The notes under the pieces are model-generated. The model was not told the DNA's origin, made no database searches, and saw only the letters and a program-made list of their open reading frames with translations. Positions 45,688 through 56,035 of a stretch of 64,000 nucleotides of DNA are shown in pieces. Numbering within the stretch: position 1 is the stretch's first letter; every line of letters starts with the position of its first letter. The stretch comes from a virus, in the IMG/VR virus record IMGVR_UViG_3300031576_000032, positions 6,188 through 70,187 of that record; one strand, 5' to 3'. The position numbers and the translations under genes are program-made.

Positions 45688-46466
45688 GAGTCTCCGTCGT
45701 TAACTTCTGCTCGACGGCACTTGAGATGCTCAAGTTTTCCACCGAGTCGCTTCTTGAGAACGCGGGGACTGGCGATTTTGATTATCTCGTCGTGACGTGG
45801 AATCCCAGCCCAGAGGTCGAGGCTTGGCTCGATGCGCAGCCATCGATTTATCGCGCTCGGTACCAGACGGACAACTCGTTTGACTATGTTCCGAATCTCC
45901 GGAAGATGATGAGCTATGGGTTCAGCGAGGGCTATCAACTCAACGACTACGTCGTCATCGTGAACACGGACATGGCATTCGGCGAGTGTTGGCTTGAGAA
46001 TCTCGCCCGCCGCGCCGATGAGGACGTGATTCCCAATTCGGTCCACGTTACTCCAGTCGAGTCACCGTTCGTCGTCGTCGCAAATTTCGGCATCCCGACG
46101 CGCGAGACGTTCGATATGGCGCGCTGGGAAAAACTTCACGACAAGCTCCTCACTTCGGCAAAGAATGATGCCATCGCGCGTGGTTTGGACATGGTCCAGA
46201 CACCCGAGGATCGTGGCGGCGACTGGCGGTCGTGTGCGACGATGCCGTATGTCCTTCATAGGAAATGGTGGGAGCGGTTCGGCCCCTGGGAACCGAACCT
46301 CGATGGGCAGAAGGAAGCACCAGATCGGAGGTTCTTTGGTCGATGCCACGACGGTGGGGCGAAGTTCGTTCTCTGCTTGGATTCGATCTGTTATCATCAT
46401 GAAGCAGTAGAGCGACGCGGGTCGTGTCGGCCGATCGGGGTCGAGTCGATGAAAGCGGGGTTGTAG
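45684..46466 (+). CDS. Glycosyltransferase-like protein (GT2-like)
   Basis: YVVIVNTDMAF..WLENL, WERFGPW, PDRRFF, ICYH. Confidence 0.65.
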   Translation: MRVSVVNFCSTALEMLKFSTESLLENAGTGDFDYLVVTWNPSPEVEAWLDAQPSIYRARYQTDNSFDYVPNLRKMMSYGFSEGYQLNDYVVIVNTDMAFGECWLENLARRADEDVIPNSVHVTPVESPFVVVANFGIPTRETFDMARWEKLHDKLLTSAKNDAIARGLDMVQTPEDRGGDWRSCATMPYVLHRKWWERFGPWEPNLDGQKEAPDRRFFGRCHDGGAKFVLCLDSICYHHEAVERRGSCRPIGVESMKAGL

Positions 46467-47128
46467 TGGACTGGGGAACGGCGGAGATGGAATCGTTTTG
46501 GTCGAAGATGCATTCTCGGAACGACGGACCCGCGCTTACGGGATCTTCACTCGTGAGCGTTCGTGATACCCCCGGGCTTGGTACTGTTCCAATTCCGGGA
46601 ATCCATATGTTGGAGATCGGGGTCGGGCTCGGTCGGGCCACGAAGGAGATTCATGACCTTGGAGTCGTCGTCGATACGCTTGATATCTGCAATGAAGCGC
46701 TCGACCGAGTCGTCGACTTTACGCGGGCTCGATATCTTCATCGGGACATCGAGAATCTTTCCGTCGATGAATATGATCTCGCGGTGTCGCTCCTCGTCAC
46801 GCAGCATATGAGCGATCGTGATATCCTTTGGCAGTTCCCCCGCGTGTTCCGGTCCTTGAACCAAAAGGGCCGATTCGTCGTTCAGTGGGCGGGGTCGCGA
46901 ATTGACGGGGAAAACGACAATCACGGGACGGTCCTCGGGGAATACGGTCCGGTTGATGGGATCACTCCGGTCGGGATGATCTCGGGCCGTATGGTTAGGA
47001 GCGAATCGCATGCGACTTCCCTGATCGAGCGGTCAGGGGGAAAGGTGCTCGAGATCCGGGGCCGCCGCGAGTTTCCAGAGTTTAAGTCGTGCTGGTTCGT
47101 AACCGAATGTAGGAAAGTTGATGGCTAG
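46466..47128 (+). CDS. Class I SAM-dependent methyltransferase
   Basis: LEIGVGLGR, LDIC, YDLAVSLLVTQH, LNQKGRF. Confidence 0.82.
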   Translation: MDWGTAEMESFWSKMHSRNDGPALTGSSLVSVRDTPGLGTVPIPGIHMLEIGVGLGRATKEIHDLGVVVDTLDICNEALDRVVDFTRARYLHRDIENLSVDEYDLAVSLLVTQHMSDRDILWQFPRVFRSLNQKGRFVVQWAGSRIDGENDNHGTVLGEYGPVDGITPVGMISGRMVRSESHATSLIERSGGKVLEIRGRREFPEFKSCWFVTECRKVDG

Positions 47129-47846
47129 GGCGACTCTCTTGATCGTGGCGCGGAATCGCGCCCAGCAGTTCGCAGTCGCTATGTTGACGATCTGGAATCG
47201 GAAGTATAAGGACATCGACATCCTCGTCGTTGATGATGGATCTTTTGACGACACGCCGAGGATCACTAGGGATTTTAGCGACGTGATCACCAGGTACCAT
47301 CGGATCGATCGACCAGGGGGGTATCGTCGGAATCCAGCGGAGGTCCTTAATATCGGGCACGCGCTTTCTGAGACGGACGTTGTGATCGAGCAGGGAGCCG
47401 AAGTCTGTCATCTTACGGACTGCGTTACTCCTTTACTTGAGGGGTGTTCGTCTGGGACCGTCGTCCTAGCAAGAGTCTACAATGGACGAACGGAAGACCT
47501 CGACCGAGTGGAGTCGGCGCTACGGGCCGGAAAACTTCTTCCGTCGGTCCGGGATCATGTTCCTTCAAGTGTTCGAACGGATGGCGACCGGTGGCCCGTT
47601 CCTCGAGTCGACGTGCACGCGACCAGCGGGATCGGGGTCGATCTTTATTGTGGGGAGGAAAGAGCCGTTCCGTTCCTGTTTCTTGGGGCGAGCCATGGGG
47701 ACGATTTCTCCGCGGTCGGCGGGTATGACGAGAAGCTTTCTGGCCGGAACGATGAGGACCTTGCGAACCGGCTTCTCGGCCGTGGCGTCCGGTTCGTCTT
47801 CTCGAACCAAGCGATCGCGTTTCATCTTCTTCATGGAAAGTCTTAG
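47121..47846 (+). CDS. Glycosyltransferase family 2
   Basis: ILVVDDGSFDDT, VGGYDE, EDLANRL, AFHLLH. Confidence 0.85.
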   Translation: MARATLLIVARNRAQQFAVAMLTIWNRKYKDIDILVVDDGSFDDTPRITRDFSDVITRYHRIDRPGGYRRNPAEVLNIGHALSETDVVIEQGAEVCHLTDCVTPLLEGCSSGTVVLARVYNGRTEDLDRVESALRAGKLLPSVRDHVPSSVRTDGDRWPVPRVDVHATSGIGVDLYCGEERAVPFLFLGASHGDDFSAVGGYDEKLSGRNDEDLANRLLGRGVRFVFSNQAIAFHLLHGKS

Positions 47847-47848
47847 CG

Positions 47849-48133
47849 ATGGTTGAACCGGTATACGACTTCATTTGCTCGATCGGGGAGCTGATCGACA
47901 AGCTTTCGATTGAGAACATCAAGTGTTATGATGCGAACACAAGAGCGATTGCTGAAAGGAAGAAGACTGACCCGAGTGCGACGGTGATCGCCGATTGTGA
48001 AGGACAGGCCCGATCGTCGGGGGAACAGCGGGTCCGGCTTAAGAACGAAATAAATAGGCGACTCGCCGAAGCTATTGAGCGTGGTAAGATAAGGCACGCG
48101 GCGGAGACGCGGACATATCGGAGGGAATCGTAA
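47849..48133 (+). CDS. Small helical protein
   Basis: SIGELIDKLSIENIK..RVRLKNEIN. Confidence 0.65.
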   Translation: MVEPVYDFICSIGELIDKLSIENIKCYDANTRAIAERKKTDPSATVIADCEGQARSSGEQRVRLKNEINRRLAEAIERGKIRHAAETRTYRRES

Positions 48134-48141
48134 GGAGACCG

Positions 48142-49122
48142 ATGGTTGAGATTGTTAAAGATGCGGTTCATCGAATCGAGTCTTACTCGGTCGCTGGCTT
48201 GTTCCCCGCGAAACTCCTTCAGGGGGAGACTCTCCGTAAAGGCCGGATCGTCCCTCGGCACGTCCAGATTTATCTTACGAACGCGTGCAATCTCGATTGC
48301 TCGTTCTGCTCGTGTGCGGACCGGAAACTTACGGAGCGGATTCCCCCCGACGAGATCGAGAAAATCCTTCCGATGCTCGCGAGCTTGGGGACGGAGGCGA
48401 TTACGCTGTCGGGCGGCGGAGAACCGTCGCTTCATCCGGCGTTCAATCGCGTAATCGACCTCGCGCATGCGCACGGGATACGGGTTGGACTCGTCAGCCA
48501 CGGGGGGCTTCTTTGGAAGCGGCTCGAGTCAAAGAACTTGACGTGGGCACGAATCTCACGATCCGATGTGATGGACCAGTCTGGGGATTACTTCTCGAAC
48601 CTGTCCGGCGTTGTTCGGAAGTTCTCGAATACGGACTGGGCGTTTAGCTATGTTCTGATGTCCGAACCGATCTGGGATAAGATGCGTGAAGCCGTTCGGT
48701 TCGCTGGGGAGCATGGATTCAAACACGTTCGGATCGTGTCGGATCTCCTCGACCTTCCTAACGTTCCGTCTATGGACGAGGTGAAGTTCCAACTCGCGGG
48801 CGTCCCCGGAGAAGAGATCGTCATCTACCAGGGAAGGAAAGGATACACGGTCGGGCGGGAGAAGTGTCTGATCAGTCTCTTGAAGCCGGTGATCGCGGCA
48901 GACGGTCGGTTGTTCCCTTGCTGCGGGGCGCAGTACGCGCTCCCTGAGTCGAAACGAGACACCGTCGATGAAATGTGTATGGGCCGATGGGAAGACATGC
49001 CGCGGATTTGGGGAGATCAGGCAAACTTCAACGGATCGGCGTGCGTCCGTTGTTACTATGATGGCTACAATCAGGCGCTTGACTATATGACGATGCCTCT
49101 TGCGCATAAGGAGTTCGTCTAG
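48142..49122 (+). CDS. Radical SAM enzyme with SPASM/twitch-like C-terminal Cys cluster
   Basis: CNLDCSFC (CxxxCxxC), SGGGEPSLHP, C..IAADGRLFPCC..CVRC. Confidence 0.9.
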   Translation: MVEIVKDAVHRIESYSVAGLFPAKLLQGETLRKGRIVPRHVQIYLTNACNLDCSFCSCADRKLTERIPPDEIEKILPMLASLGTEAITLSGGGEPSLHPAFNRVIDLAHAHGIRVGLVSHGGLLWKRLESKNLTWARISRSDVMDQSGDYFSNLSGVVRKFSNTDWAFSYVLMSEPIWDKMREAVRFAGEHGFKHVRIVSDLLDLPNVPSMDEVKFQLAGVPGEEIVIYQGRKGYTVGREKCLISLLKPVIAADGRLFPCCGAQYALPESKRDTVDEMCMGRWEDMPRIWGDQANFNGSACVRCYYDGYNQALDYMTMPLAHKEFV

Positions 49123-49493
49123 TGGCTCGTGTTAGTAACGATTTCGTCAAATCCTTGATCGATACGGGACTTACAGAAGATCAAGTAACTCCTTTTCTTC
49201 TGACAGCAAGTATCGTCGTGACCGAGAATATGATTACGCTTCCGGATGGGACTTCGACAGGGTACTCGGAAGACCGACTTGCGATGATTGAAGCGTGGCT
49301 CGCGGCGCATTACATCTCCGTTCGTGATTCTCGGGTAAGGGAAGAAACGACGGGGGCGATTGGGGGCGGCGCAACAAGCGCGACGTATGACGTCCTTCGG
49401 TACTTCGACCAGGCGAAGATGCTCGATCCCCTTGGTATCCTTTCGGCGATCGCGAAAACGAAAGGGTCGGCCGAGGTGTGGACGATCGCGTGA
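49122..49493 (+). CDS. Head-tail adaptor
   Basis: IEAWLAAHY..AKMLDPLG; neck position. Confidence 0.65.
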   Translation: MARVSNDFVKSLIDTGLTEDQVTPFLLTASIVVTENMITLPDGTSTGYSEDRLAMIEAWLAAHYISVRDSRVREETTGAIGGGATSATYDVLRYFDQAKMLDPLGILSAIAKTKGSAEVWTIA

Positions 49494-49870
49494 GTCACGG
49501 CCGGTCAACGCGATTCATAGCGACACTCCGGGAGAAAGCGGTATACTGGGGGTCGCCGGTCATGACGGGGTCGGGCGGGACGACATACGCGGACCCGGTC
49601 GAGGTGAAGTGTCTTTGGGAGGACGCGATGCAACTCGTCGACGATATGAAGGGTCGGGAGGTCCAGTCGTCTTCGACCGTGTACGTCGACCGGGCGCTTG
49701 TCCCTGAGGGGCAGATCGTCAAGGGCCGTCTTCGCGACTTCACGGACGAGCAAAAGGCCGATCCTCTTGGGGCTGCCTGGCCGGTTGCGCTTAGGCCGAA
49801 GAAGGTCATCAAGGCGGGGTCGTACCCCTGGCTTCATGGGCCGGGGACGGTGAACCAAGTATGGCTCTAA
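49490..49870 (+). CDS. Head closure protein
   Basis: AVYW..YADPVEVKCLWED..GREVQSSSTVY. Confidence 0.65.
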   Translation: MSHGRSTRFIATLREKAVYWGSPVMTGSGGTTYADPVEVKCLWEDAMQLVDDMKGREVQSSSTVYVDRALVPEGQIVKGRLRDFTDEQKADPLGAAWPVALRPKKVIKAGSYPWLHGPGTVNQVWL

Positions 49871-50292
49871 AGGGCGGGTCACGCGGGCCGGTCAATCCGG
49901 TCAGCATTGAGGAGATGCTTCAGAACCTTCGTCGGGAAGTTCATTGGATCAAGGAGGCGTCCGAAAATGCCCTTGACGTTGTTGTTCATAAGATCGGGGT
50001 CCGAAGCCAGGAACTCGTTCCTGTTGCGACGGGACATCTTAAGTCGACGTTCGGGACTCGGACGTTCCGAAACCGGCAGAATGAAGTCACGGTTATTTTG
50101 TATTACACCGCTGACTACGCTTTGTGGGTCCATGAGATCAACGCCCATCACGCTTCGCCGACGCAGTGGAAGTATCTTCAGACTGCGATCGACGAGTACC
50201 GTGGGGAGATAATGCAAGACCTTGCCGCGTCGGTCAGGGCGAACCGTTCGGGGGCGGGGATCGCAGGGGCGGTCGTCGGAGCCGGAGTTTGA
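49861..50292 (+). CDS. HK97 gp10-like neck protein
   Basis: SQELVPVATGHLKS, YALWVHE, WKYLQ. Confidence 0.75.
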   Translation: MALKGGSRGPVNPVSIEEMLQNLRREVHWIKEASENALDVVVHKIGVRSQELVPVATGHLKSTFGTRTFRNRQNEVTVILYYTADYALWVHEINAHHASPTQWKYLQTAIDEYRGEIMQDLAASVRANRSGAGIAGAVVGAGV

Positions 50293-50675
50293 ACGCGGTC
50301 AGCGAGGACGTTACGACGATCCTCGATGCCGTGTCGCCGCTCGTGTTCGGCGAGGACCTTTTCTTCGGCCGGCAGCCGACGTCTCCGGACAAATGCCTTT
50401 TCGTTAGTTCGTCGGGGGGCGTTTCTCCAGAGACGCAGTTCAATTGGCAGCGACCGACGTTTCAGATTCTTGCTCGTGGGGACCGGGGGGACTACAAATC
50501 GGCTGTCGACATTTTGAACGTTGCCCGGGCCGCGCTTCATGCGATCACTAACATGGCCGTCGGGTCGACGCGGTATATTGGGATCTATGTTCGCGGGGAC
50601 ATGATCGATCTCGCCCACGACGAGGAAGATCGCCCGCTCGTTGCTTTGAATTTTCAGGCCCACAGGACAGGATAG
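50289..50675 (+). CDS. Tail terminator
   Basis: PTFQILARG..Y, DEEDRP..NF; directly before tail tube. Confidence 0.7.
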   Translation: MNAVSEDVTTILDAVSPLVFGEDLFFGRQPTSPDKCLFVSSSGGVSPETQFNWQRPTFQILARGDRGDYKSAVDILNVARAALHAITNMAVGSTRYIGIYVRGDMIDLAHDEEDRPLVALNFQAHRTG

Positions 50676-50693
50676 GGAAAGGGGGAACAATCG

Positions 50694-51116
50694 ATGGCTG
50701 AATCCATTGGGATTGTTGGGATTGGATTTCTTCTCCAGATGGAGACCGGAACGCCGGGGACTTATGCGAATATCGGCGAGGTCCGATCGGTCAAGGGTCC
50801 CGACGAGACGTTCGACCTCGTCGACTTTACTCATTCGCTTTCTCCGAACGGGAGGAAGGAATGGAAGCCCGGTCTTCTTGACGGGGGCTCGCTCGTCGCG
50901 GACTTCAACTACACGCTCGATGCATACAACACGCTTCGGGACGTCGCGCGGAACCGGACGAAGAAGAACTTCCAGCTCGTCCTTCCGGACACGGGCCTGA
51001 CGACGCTTACGATGCCCGGATACATCACGGGGCTTCCCCTAAACACGCCGACGCCAGATCGTGTCAGCATGGAACTGACAATCAAAATCGTTGGGGACAT
51101 TACGCTCACGTCGTAA
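50694..51116 (+). CDS. Tail tube (major tail) protein
   Basis: IGEVRSVKGP..VDFTH..KEWKPGLLDGG. Confidence 0.8.
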   Translation: MAESIGIVGIGFLLQMETGTPGTYANIGEVRSVKGPDETFDLVDFTHSLSPNGRKEWKPGLLDGGSLVADFNYTLDAYNTLRDVARNRTKKNFQLVLPDTGLTTLTMPGYITGLPLNTPTPDRVSMELTIKIVGDITLTS

Positions 51117-51136
51117 ACGCGCGGCGAAAGCCGTAG

Positions 51137-51571
51137 ATGGAGGGGCCGTTGGAGATTCTTTCTGGGGAAAGGTTGAAACTGTCGGGTCGTGGAGAACCGT
51201 TTGAGTCGAATACTCTTGGTGGAACGGTTCTCCTTCGAGCAGTCTCTGGAAGAGCACGGCAGTCGATCGAGGATGTGTTCGTTGGGGTTTCGAAGGAGAA
51301 GTTCAAGGCGACCGAGTTCTACGCGATGGGGACGTTCTACGGTCTCGTCGACGAGGCCGGGAGCCGGGTGTTTTCGTCGATCGACGAAGTTCTTGACACG
51401 GTCGACGGGCACGTGATTCATGAACTCGGGGCCGAGGTGATGAAGCGGAGTAAAATGTCCGTCGAAGAATCGGAGAAGACGGAAAAAAACTCCGACAGCG
51501 CCCCGACCGGCGATTCTACTTCCGGCTCTGCCTTGCTCTCGGGGGAAGGTTCGCACATCCCGACGAGTTAG
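51137..51571 (+). CDS. Tail assembly chaperone (G-like)
   Basis: Between tube and tape measure; contains EKNS at slippery site. Confidence 0.75.
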   Translation: MEGPLEILSGERLKLSGRGEPFESNTLGGTVLLRAVSGRARQSIEDVFVGVSKEKFKATEFYAMGTFYGLVDEAGSRVFSSIDEVLDTVDGHVIHELGAEVMKRSKMSVEESEKTEKNSDSAPTGDSTSGSALLSGEGSHIPTS

Positions 51572-51921
51572 TCGAGGCGCTTGACGCAGGACAGATTGAA
51601 GACTGGTTCCGGTTCGATGCGGTCGAGGGGCCGATTGGGATAACCGGGGACAGTTGGCGGACGGCCCAGGTTCTCGCGATGTTGTTCAATGCAAACCGGG
51701 GCGAGAATCAGGACCCGATGAAGGCTGTTGACTTTATGCCCGAAGTCTACCGGAATGTGGGTCGGGGTCAACAGCAGACGCCCGAAGAAGCGAAGACGAT
51801 GGTCCTCGCGATAGCGGCGGCGGGCGGGTTTAATGTAATCGAGAAGAAGCGTACCGAGGAGGAGACACGATGCCTGGTGCAAGCGTTAGCCTCGGCACCC
51901 TCGTCGCAGACCTCACCCTAA
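51484..51921 (+). CDS. -1 programmed frameshift extension of tail chaperone (GT-like)
   Basis: Slippery heptamer A AAA AAC at 51484-51490; -1 frame open to 51921 (LRQRPDRRFYFRLCLALG..DFMP). Confidence 0.85.
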   Translation, partial: KKLRQRPDRRFYFRLCLALGGRFAHPDELVEALDAGQIEDWFRFDAVEGPIGITGDSWRTAQVLAMLFNANRGENQDPMKAVDFMPEVYRNVGRGQQQTPEEAKTMVLAIAAAGGFNVIEKKRTEEETRCLVQALASAPSSQTSP

Positions 51922-54548
51922 ACACAGAGCGCCTCGAGTCGGGCGTCGCGAAAGCGACCCAACTCCTCGGTGGGCTGAACGCAACCCTCGAGAGAGTCGT
52001 CCAGCAACTGGCCGGACTCCAAGCAAGTCTAAATCAGGTAACTGCTCAACTCGGGACTCTCAATACAAACCTTGCGGGTGCGGGCCGTCAGCTCGTGAAC
52101 CTTGGGACCGGGGCGCAACAAGCATCCGCGCAGATGAACGTCCTGAACCAGGGGAACATTGTCGCGTCGAGTGGCGTCGTAAACCTCGGAAATGTCACGA
52201 ATAACGCGACGACAGTCGTCCGGAACTTCGGGACCGCGGCACAGCAAGCGGCGCACGGAATGAATTTGTTCGGGATCCAACTCGGACAAATGGCGACTCG
52301 TCTTGTTCGATCACTCGTCGTTGCCGGGACGATCTTCGCCGTGTTTAAGTTGATCACGACTTTGACCAATGCGATAAAAAGTTCCATCCAGGCCGGGGCT
52401 GAGTTCGAGAAAATGATGGCTTCGGCTTCTGTAATCCTTCGGGCGACGGCCGACGAATCTCGGCAGATGGCCGACGCTGCGAAGAAGATGGGCGAGACTA
52501 CAGTGTTTTCGGCTATTAAGGCCGCCGAGGGTTTCCGGATTCTTGCTCAGGCCGGACTCACCGCTCGGGAGTCGATTATCGCCTTACCCCAGGTCGTTGA
52601 TTTTGCGGTCGCAGCGAACTATGACCTTGCCGAGGCGACCCAAATCGCGATCACCGCGCTCCGAGCGATGGAACTTCCTGTCGAGCAGGTGTCTCGGGTG
52701 ACGGATGCGCTAACTGCTGCGGCAACTCTCTCAACAATTTCGATCAAAGATATCTCCGAGGCGTTTACTCACTCGGTTGCGATCGCTCATGCATTCGGTT
52801 ACTCGGTCGAGGAGCTTTCAGCGTTGATCGCGATCCTCGGCGAGTCGGGAATCCGCGGGTCGCTCGCGGGGACCCAGCTCGCGCGAGCGATCCAAAAGGC
52901 GAATGAGGCCGCGGTCCAGTTTAAGCTTCCGAGCGCGGATCTTATTGACGTCCTTATCGAGCTCCAGGCTCGTGGGGCGACGTCGGCCGATATTATGAAG
53001 TTGTTCGGGGAACGTGGTGGTAAAGCCGCGATCGAGATTGCTAAGGCGACTACTGCGACCCGGGAACTTCAGGAAAAAGTTGGATCGATGTCCGGGGAGA
53101 CAAAACGTCAAGCGGATGTGATCAACAACACTCTTTCGGCAGCGTGGGTTCGGTTGGGGAACATTATCCAGGTTGCAGGGATCGAGGCGTTCGAGAAATA
53201 CAAAGACAAGGTTCGGTCAACGATTGATGATGCTGCGACCTGGTTCCAAAAGCATCAGAAGGATATCGTTGGTCTGATCGATGTTACGGTTCGGTTCTTG
53301 GATACCCTCGTTAGAGTTCTTGGACTGTTAGGGAGTGTGTTCACTGCCGTTGTTGGTCCGATCGCCCGGGTAATAGAGAAGATCACCGAAGCGACGGATA
53401 AGCTTGACAAGTTCCTGGTTAGCGATAGCAAGTGGGATAAGATCTTTGGGCCAATCGTCGGAACCCCTGGTGAGTTCGGCCGGAACACAAAGGTGACGGT
53501 TCCGGGGTCGACCGTCCATCAGCCGAAACCAGTTATCCCTCGATTCTTGACCAGCGACGAGGACGACGGCGTTAAGAAAGCGATCGACACTGCAAAGCGG
53601 CTTCTCGACGCCCAAGTCCGCGCAAACGAGGAGGTTTTGAAATCGGATGTCGCGACGGCTCGCGAGCGCGAAGCTGCGTGGGAGGGATACGCGAAGTTCC
53701 GGGCGCAGCAGATCGAAGCGATCCGGAAGGCCGACGTCGATGCGGGCGTCGATATGGAAACCGCGTCGCGCCGAGCGCGAGTCGCGCTCGGTGAAATGGC
53801 GCAGATGCATGACAAGATCTTTAATGAGGACCCAGCGAAGGCCGCGAAGAAAATCCTCGACGCAAACATAAAAGCGTATGAGGAAATCCTTAAGTCCGGG
53901 ACTCTTACGATCGATCAACTGACGAATGTCTGGGACACGTTCTCGAAGATGCGAGTCGAGCAAATCGAGGCCGAGGCCGAGGCATACATTGAAGCGAACG
54001 GAGCAACTTTTGCGGCGACCGAAGCCGCCGCATTACAACTTCAGATGCGGTTTGACGAACTTCATAAGATGCACCAGAAAGTGTTCGCCGACGCCGATCC
54101 CGTGAACCAGTGGATCGAACGAACGAACAAGGAGTTCGGGACGATGATCGACGGGATCGAAAAGGGATTCTCGTCGGTGTTCGAACAGATGATGACAGAG
54201 GGAATCGCGAAGATTCAACCGTTTAAGCAAGCCTGGCTCGCCGTGATTCGTGAGATCGCGAACGAAGTCTCCCGTATGTTTGTCCAGGGCGCGATTCGCC
54301 GGATCGCGGGGGCCGTTCTTCCTGGATCGGACCTTCCGCTTCCCGGCGGCGGTCGCGCTCCGGGGGACGGATTCACAACGGGGTCAGACTTCGGTGTTGG
54401 GAAACAGGGGGGAACATTGACCGGCGGGGGGATTGGAAAGGTCGAGATGCATATTCACACTCCCGACGTCGTGTCGTTCCGCGCGTCCCAGTCTCAAATC
54501 ATGGCCGAGGCGGCAACGCGAATGTCGATGGCTCGGAGGAACATGTAA
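51870..54548 (+). CDS. Tape measure protein (TP901-like core)
   Basis: 892 aa Ala-rich helical; TVFSAIKAAEGFRILAQAG, GIRGSLAGTQL. Confidence 0.92.
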   Translation: MPGASVSLGTLVADLTLNTERLESGVAKATQLLGGLNATLERVVQQLAGLQASLNQVTAQLGTLNTNLAGAGRQLVNLGTGAQQASAQMNVLNQGNIVASSGVVNLGNVTNNATTVVRNFGTAAQQAAHGMNLFGIQLGQMATRLVRSLVVAGTIFAVFKLITTLTNAIKSSIQAGAEFEKMMASASVILRATADESRQMADAAKKMGETTVFSAIKAAEGFRILAQAGLTARESIIALPQVVDFAVAANYDLAEATQIAITALRAMELPVEQVSRVTDALTAAATLSTISIKDISEAFTHSVAIAHAFGYSVEELSALIAILGESGIRGSLAGTQLARAIQKANEAAVQFKLPSADLIDVLIELQARGATSADIMKLFGERGGKAAIEIAKATTATRELQEKVGSMSGETKRQADVINNTLSAAWVRLGNIIQVAGIEAFEKYKDKVRSTIDDAATWFQKHQKDIVGLIDVTVRFLDTLVRVLGLLGSVFTAVVGPIARVIEKITEATDKLDKFLVSDSKWDKIFGPIVGTPGEFGRNTKVTVPGSTVHQPKPVIPRFLTSDEDDGVKKAIDTAKRLLDAQVRANEEVLKSDVATAREREAAWEGYAKFRAQQIEAIRKADVDAGVDMETASRRARVALGEMAQMHDKIFNEDPAKAAKKILDANIKAYEEILKSGTLTIDQLTNVWDTFSKMRVEQIEAEAEAYIEANGATFAATEAAALQLQMRFDELHKMHQKVFADADPVNQWIERTNKEFGTMIDGIEKGFSSVFEQMMTEGIAKIQPFKQAWLAVIREIANEVSRMFVQGAIRRIAGAVLPGSDLPLPGGGRAPGDGFTTGSDFGVGKQGGTLTGGGIGKVEMHIHTPDVVSFRASQSQIMAEAATRMSMARRNM

Positions 54549-55166
54549 ATGGCAGACGATTTCGACGACGTCCGGTTTCCGGAAGAGATCAGCTTCGGTT
54601 CGTCCGGCGGTCCGATGTTTAGCACCGACGTCGTTAGGATGTCGTCCGGATTCGAGCAGCGGAACGTCAATTGGTCGTACCCCCTGGAGAGGTGGAACGT
54701 CGCGTGGGGCGTTAAGTCCCCCGAAGATCTCGCGCTTCTCGTCGCGTTCTTCTACGCTCGGCAGGGCCGGGCGCGTGGGTTCCGGTTCAAGAACCAGGAC
54801 GACTACTTCGCGACGCTGTCCGAAATCGGAATTGGAGACTCGGTTGAAGTCTTGTTTCAACTCGTCAAGAACTACACGTCCGGACCGCGGACGTTCGCGA
54901 GGAAGATTTCGAGGCCGGTCGCGACGACAGTTGACATATTCGTTGACGCAGTCCTCCAGACGGAGAACGTCGACTACACGGTCGACTATGACACAGGGAT
55001 TGTCTTGTTCGCGTCGGCGTCGATCCCTCCGAACAACGATGTAATTACAGCATCCTTCGAGTTCGATATCCCGATGAGGTTCGATACGGACGAACTTCCG
55101 GCAAATCTCGTGACGTACGAAGCCCGGGCTGCGAACGTCACGTTAGTCGAGATGAGAGTCCCGTAA
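54549..55166 (+). CDS. Distal tail protein, DUF2460 (GTA-like)
   Basis: FDDVRFP..GGPMFSTDV..SGFEQRNVNW..FFYARQGRARGFRFK..FDIPMRFDTD. Confidence 0.88.
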   Translation: MADDFDDVRFPEEISFGSSGGPMFSTDVVRMSSGFEQRNVNWSYPLERWNVAWGVKSPEDLALLVAFFYARQGRARGFRFKNQDDYFATLSEIGIGDSVEVLFQLVKNYTSGPRTFARKISRPVATTVDIFVDAVLQTENVDYTVDYDTGIVLFASASIPPNNDVITASFEFDIPMRFDTDELPANLVTYEARAANVTLVEMRVP

Positions 55167-56035
55167 TGAAAACCGTTTCCGCCGCACTGTCGACCCATCT
55201 CGCCCAGACGTTAACGACGATCGCGACGTGCTGGAGGATCCTTCGGCTCGACGGAGAGATCTTCCGGTTCACTGATCACGACGTAAACGTCGTGATCGAG
55301 GACGAAACGTATGAGGCGTCGTCGGGATTTCTCCCTTCGGCGATGTCCCAAAACCGGTCGCTCGCCCCTGCGAATATGGAAGCAGTCGCGTTTCTGTCTT
55401 CGACAAAGATAGTCGAGGCCGACCTCGTCGCTGGGTTGTTCGACTACGCACTCGTAGACGTGTTCCAGGTGAACTACGAAGACGTTTCGATGGGCGTCCT
55501 TTGGCTTGCCAGAGGGTTCCGGCTCGGGGAAGTTGAAATCCGGGATAACTCGGCGAAGGTTGAGATTCGTGGGAAAGCCCAGAATCTCGCTCAGAACTTC
55601 ATTGAAGTGTATACCCCTGGATGCCGGGCGGTGTTCGGTGATGCTCGTTGCACGGTCGACATCGAGGGGTTGAACTACTTTCACGACGGGGCCGTAACGA
55701 CCGCGACGAGTCGACGCGAGTTCATTGATACGTCGATCGCTCAATCGAACGATGTGTTTCGGTTCGGAAAACTGACGTGGCTAACAGGACTGAATACCGG
55801 GTTCTCGATGGAAGTCAAAAAGTATGATCCGGGAACGGACACCGTTTTTCTTTTCCTTTCGATGCCGTACGTGATTCAGGTCGGCGACACGTACCACATG
55901 CAGTTCGGGTGTACGCACGATTTATCGCCGACGACTGGATGCAAGTTCTACGACAACGTCGTTAACTTTCGCGGAGAACCGTATGTCCCAGGTCCCGATC
56001 GGGTCCTCAACGTCGCAATCCCTCCCGAAGCGTAA
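55166..56035 (+). CDS. Baseplate hub protein, DUF2163 (GTA-like)
   Basis: CWRI.RLDG..FTDHD, CRAVFGDARC, GC..C..NVVNFRGEPYVPG. Confidence 0.88.
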   Translation: MKTVSAALSTHLAQTLTTIATCWRILRLDGEIFRFTDHDVNVVIEDETYEASSGFLPSAMSQNRSLAPANMEAVAFLSSTKIVEADLVAGLFDYALVDVFQVNYEDVSMGVLWLARGFRLGEVEIRDNSAKVEIRGKAQNLAQNFIEVYTPGCRAVFGDARCTVDIEGLNYFHDGAVTTATSRREFIDTSIAQSNDVFRFGKLTWLTGLNTGFSMEVKKYDPGTDTVFLFLSMPYVIQVGDTYHMQFGCTHDLSPTTGCKFYDNVVNFRGEPYVPGPDRVLNVAIPPEA

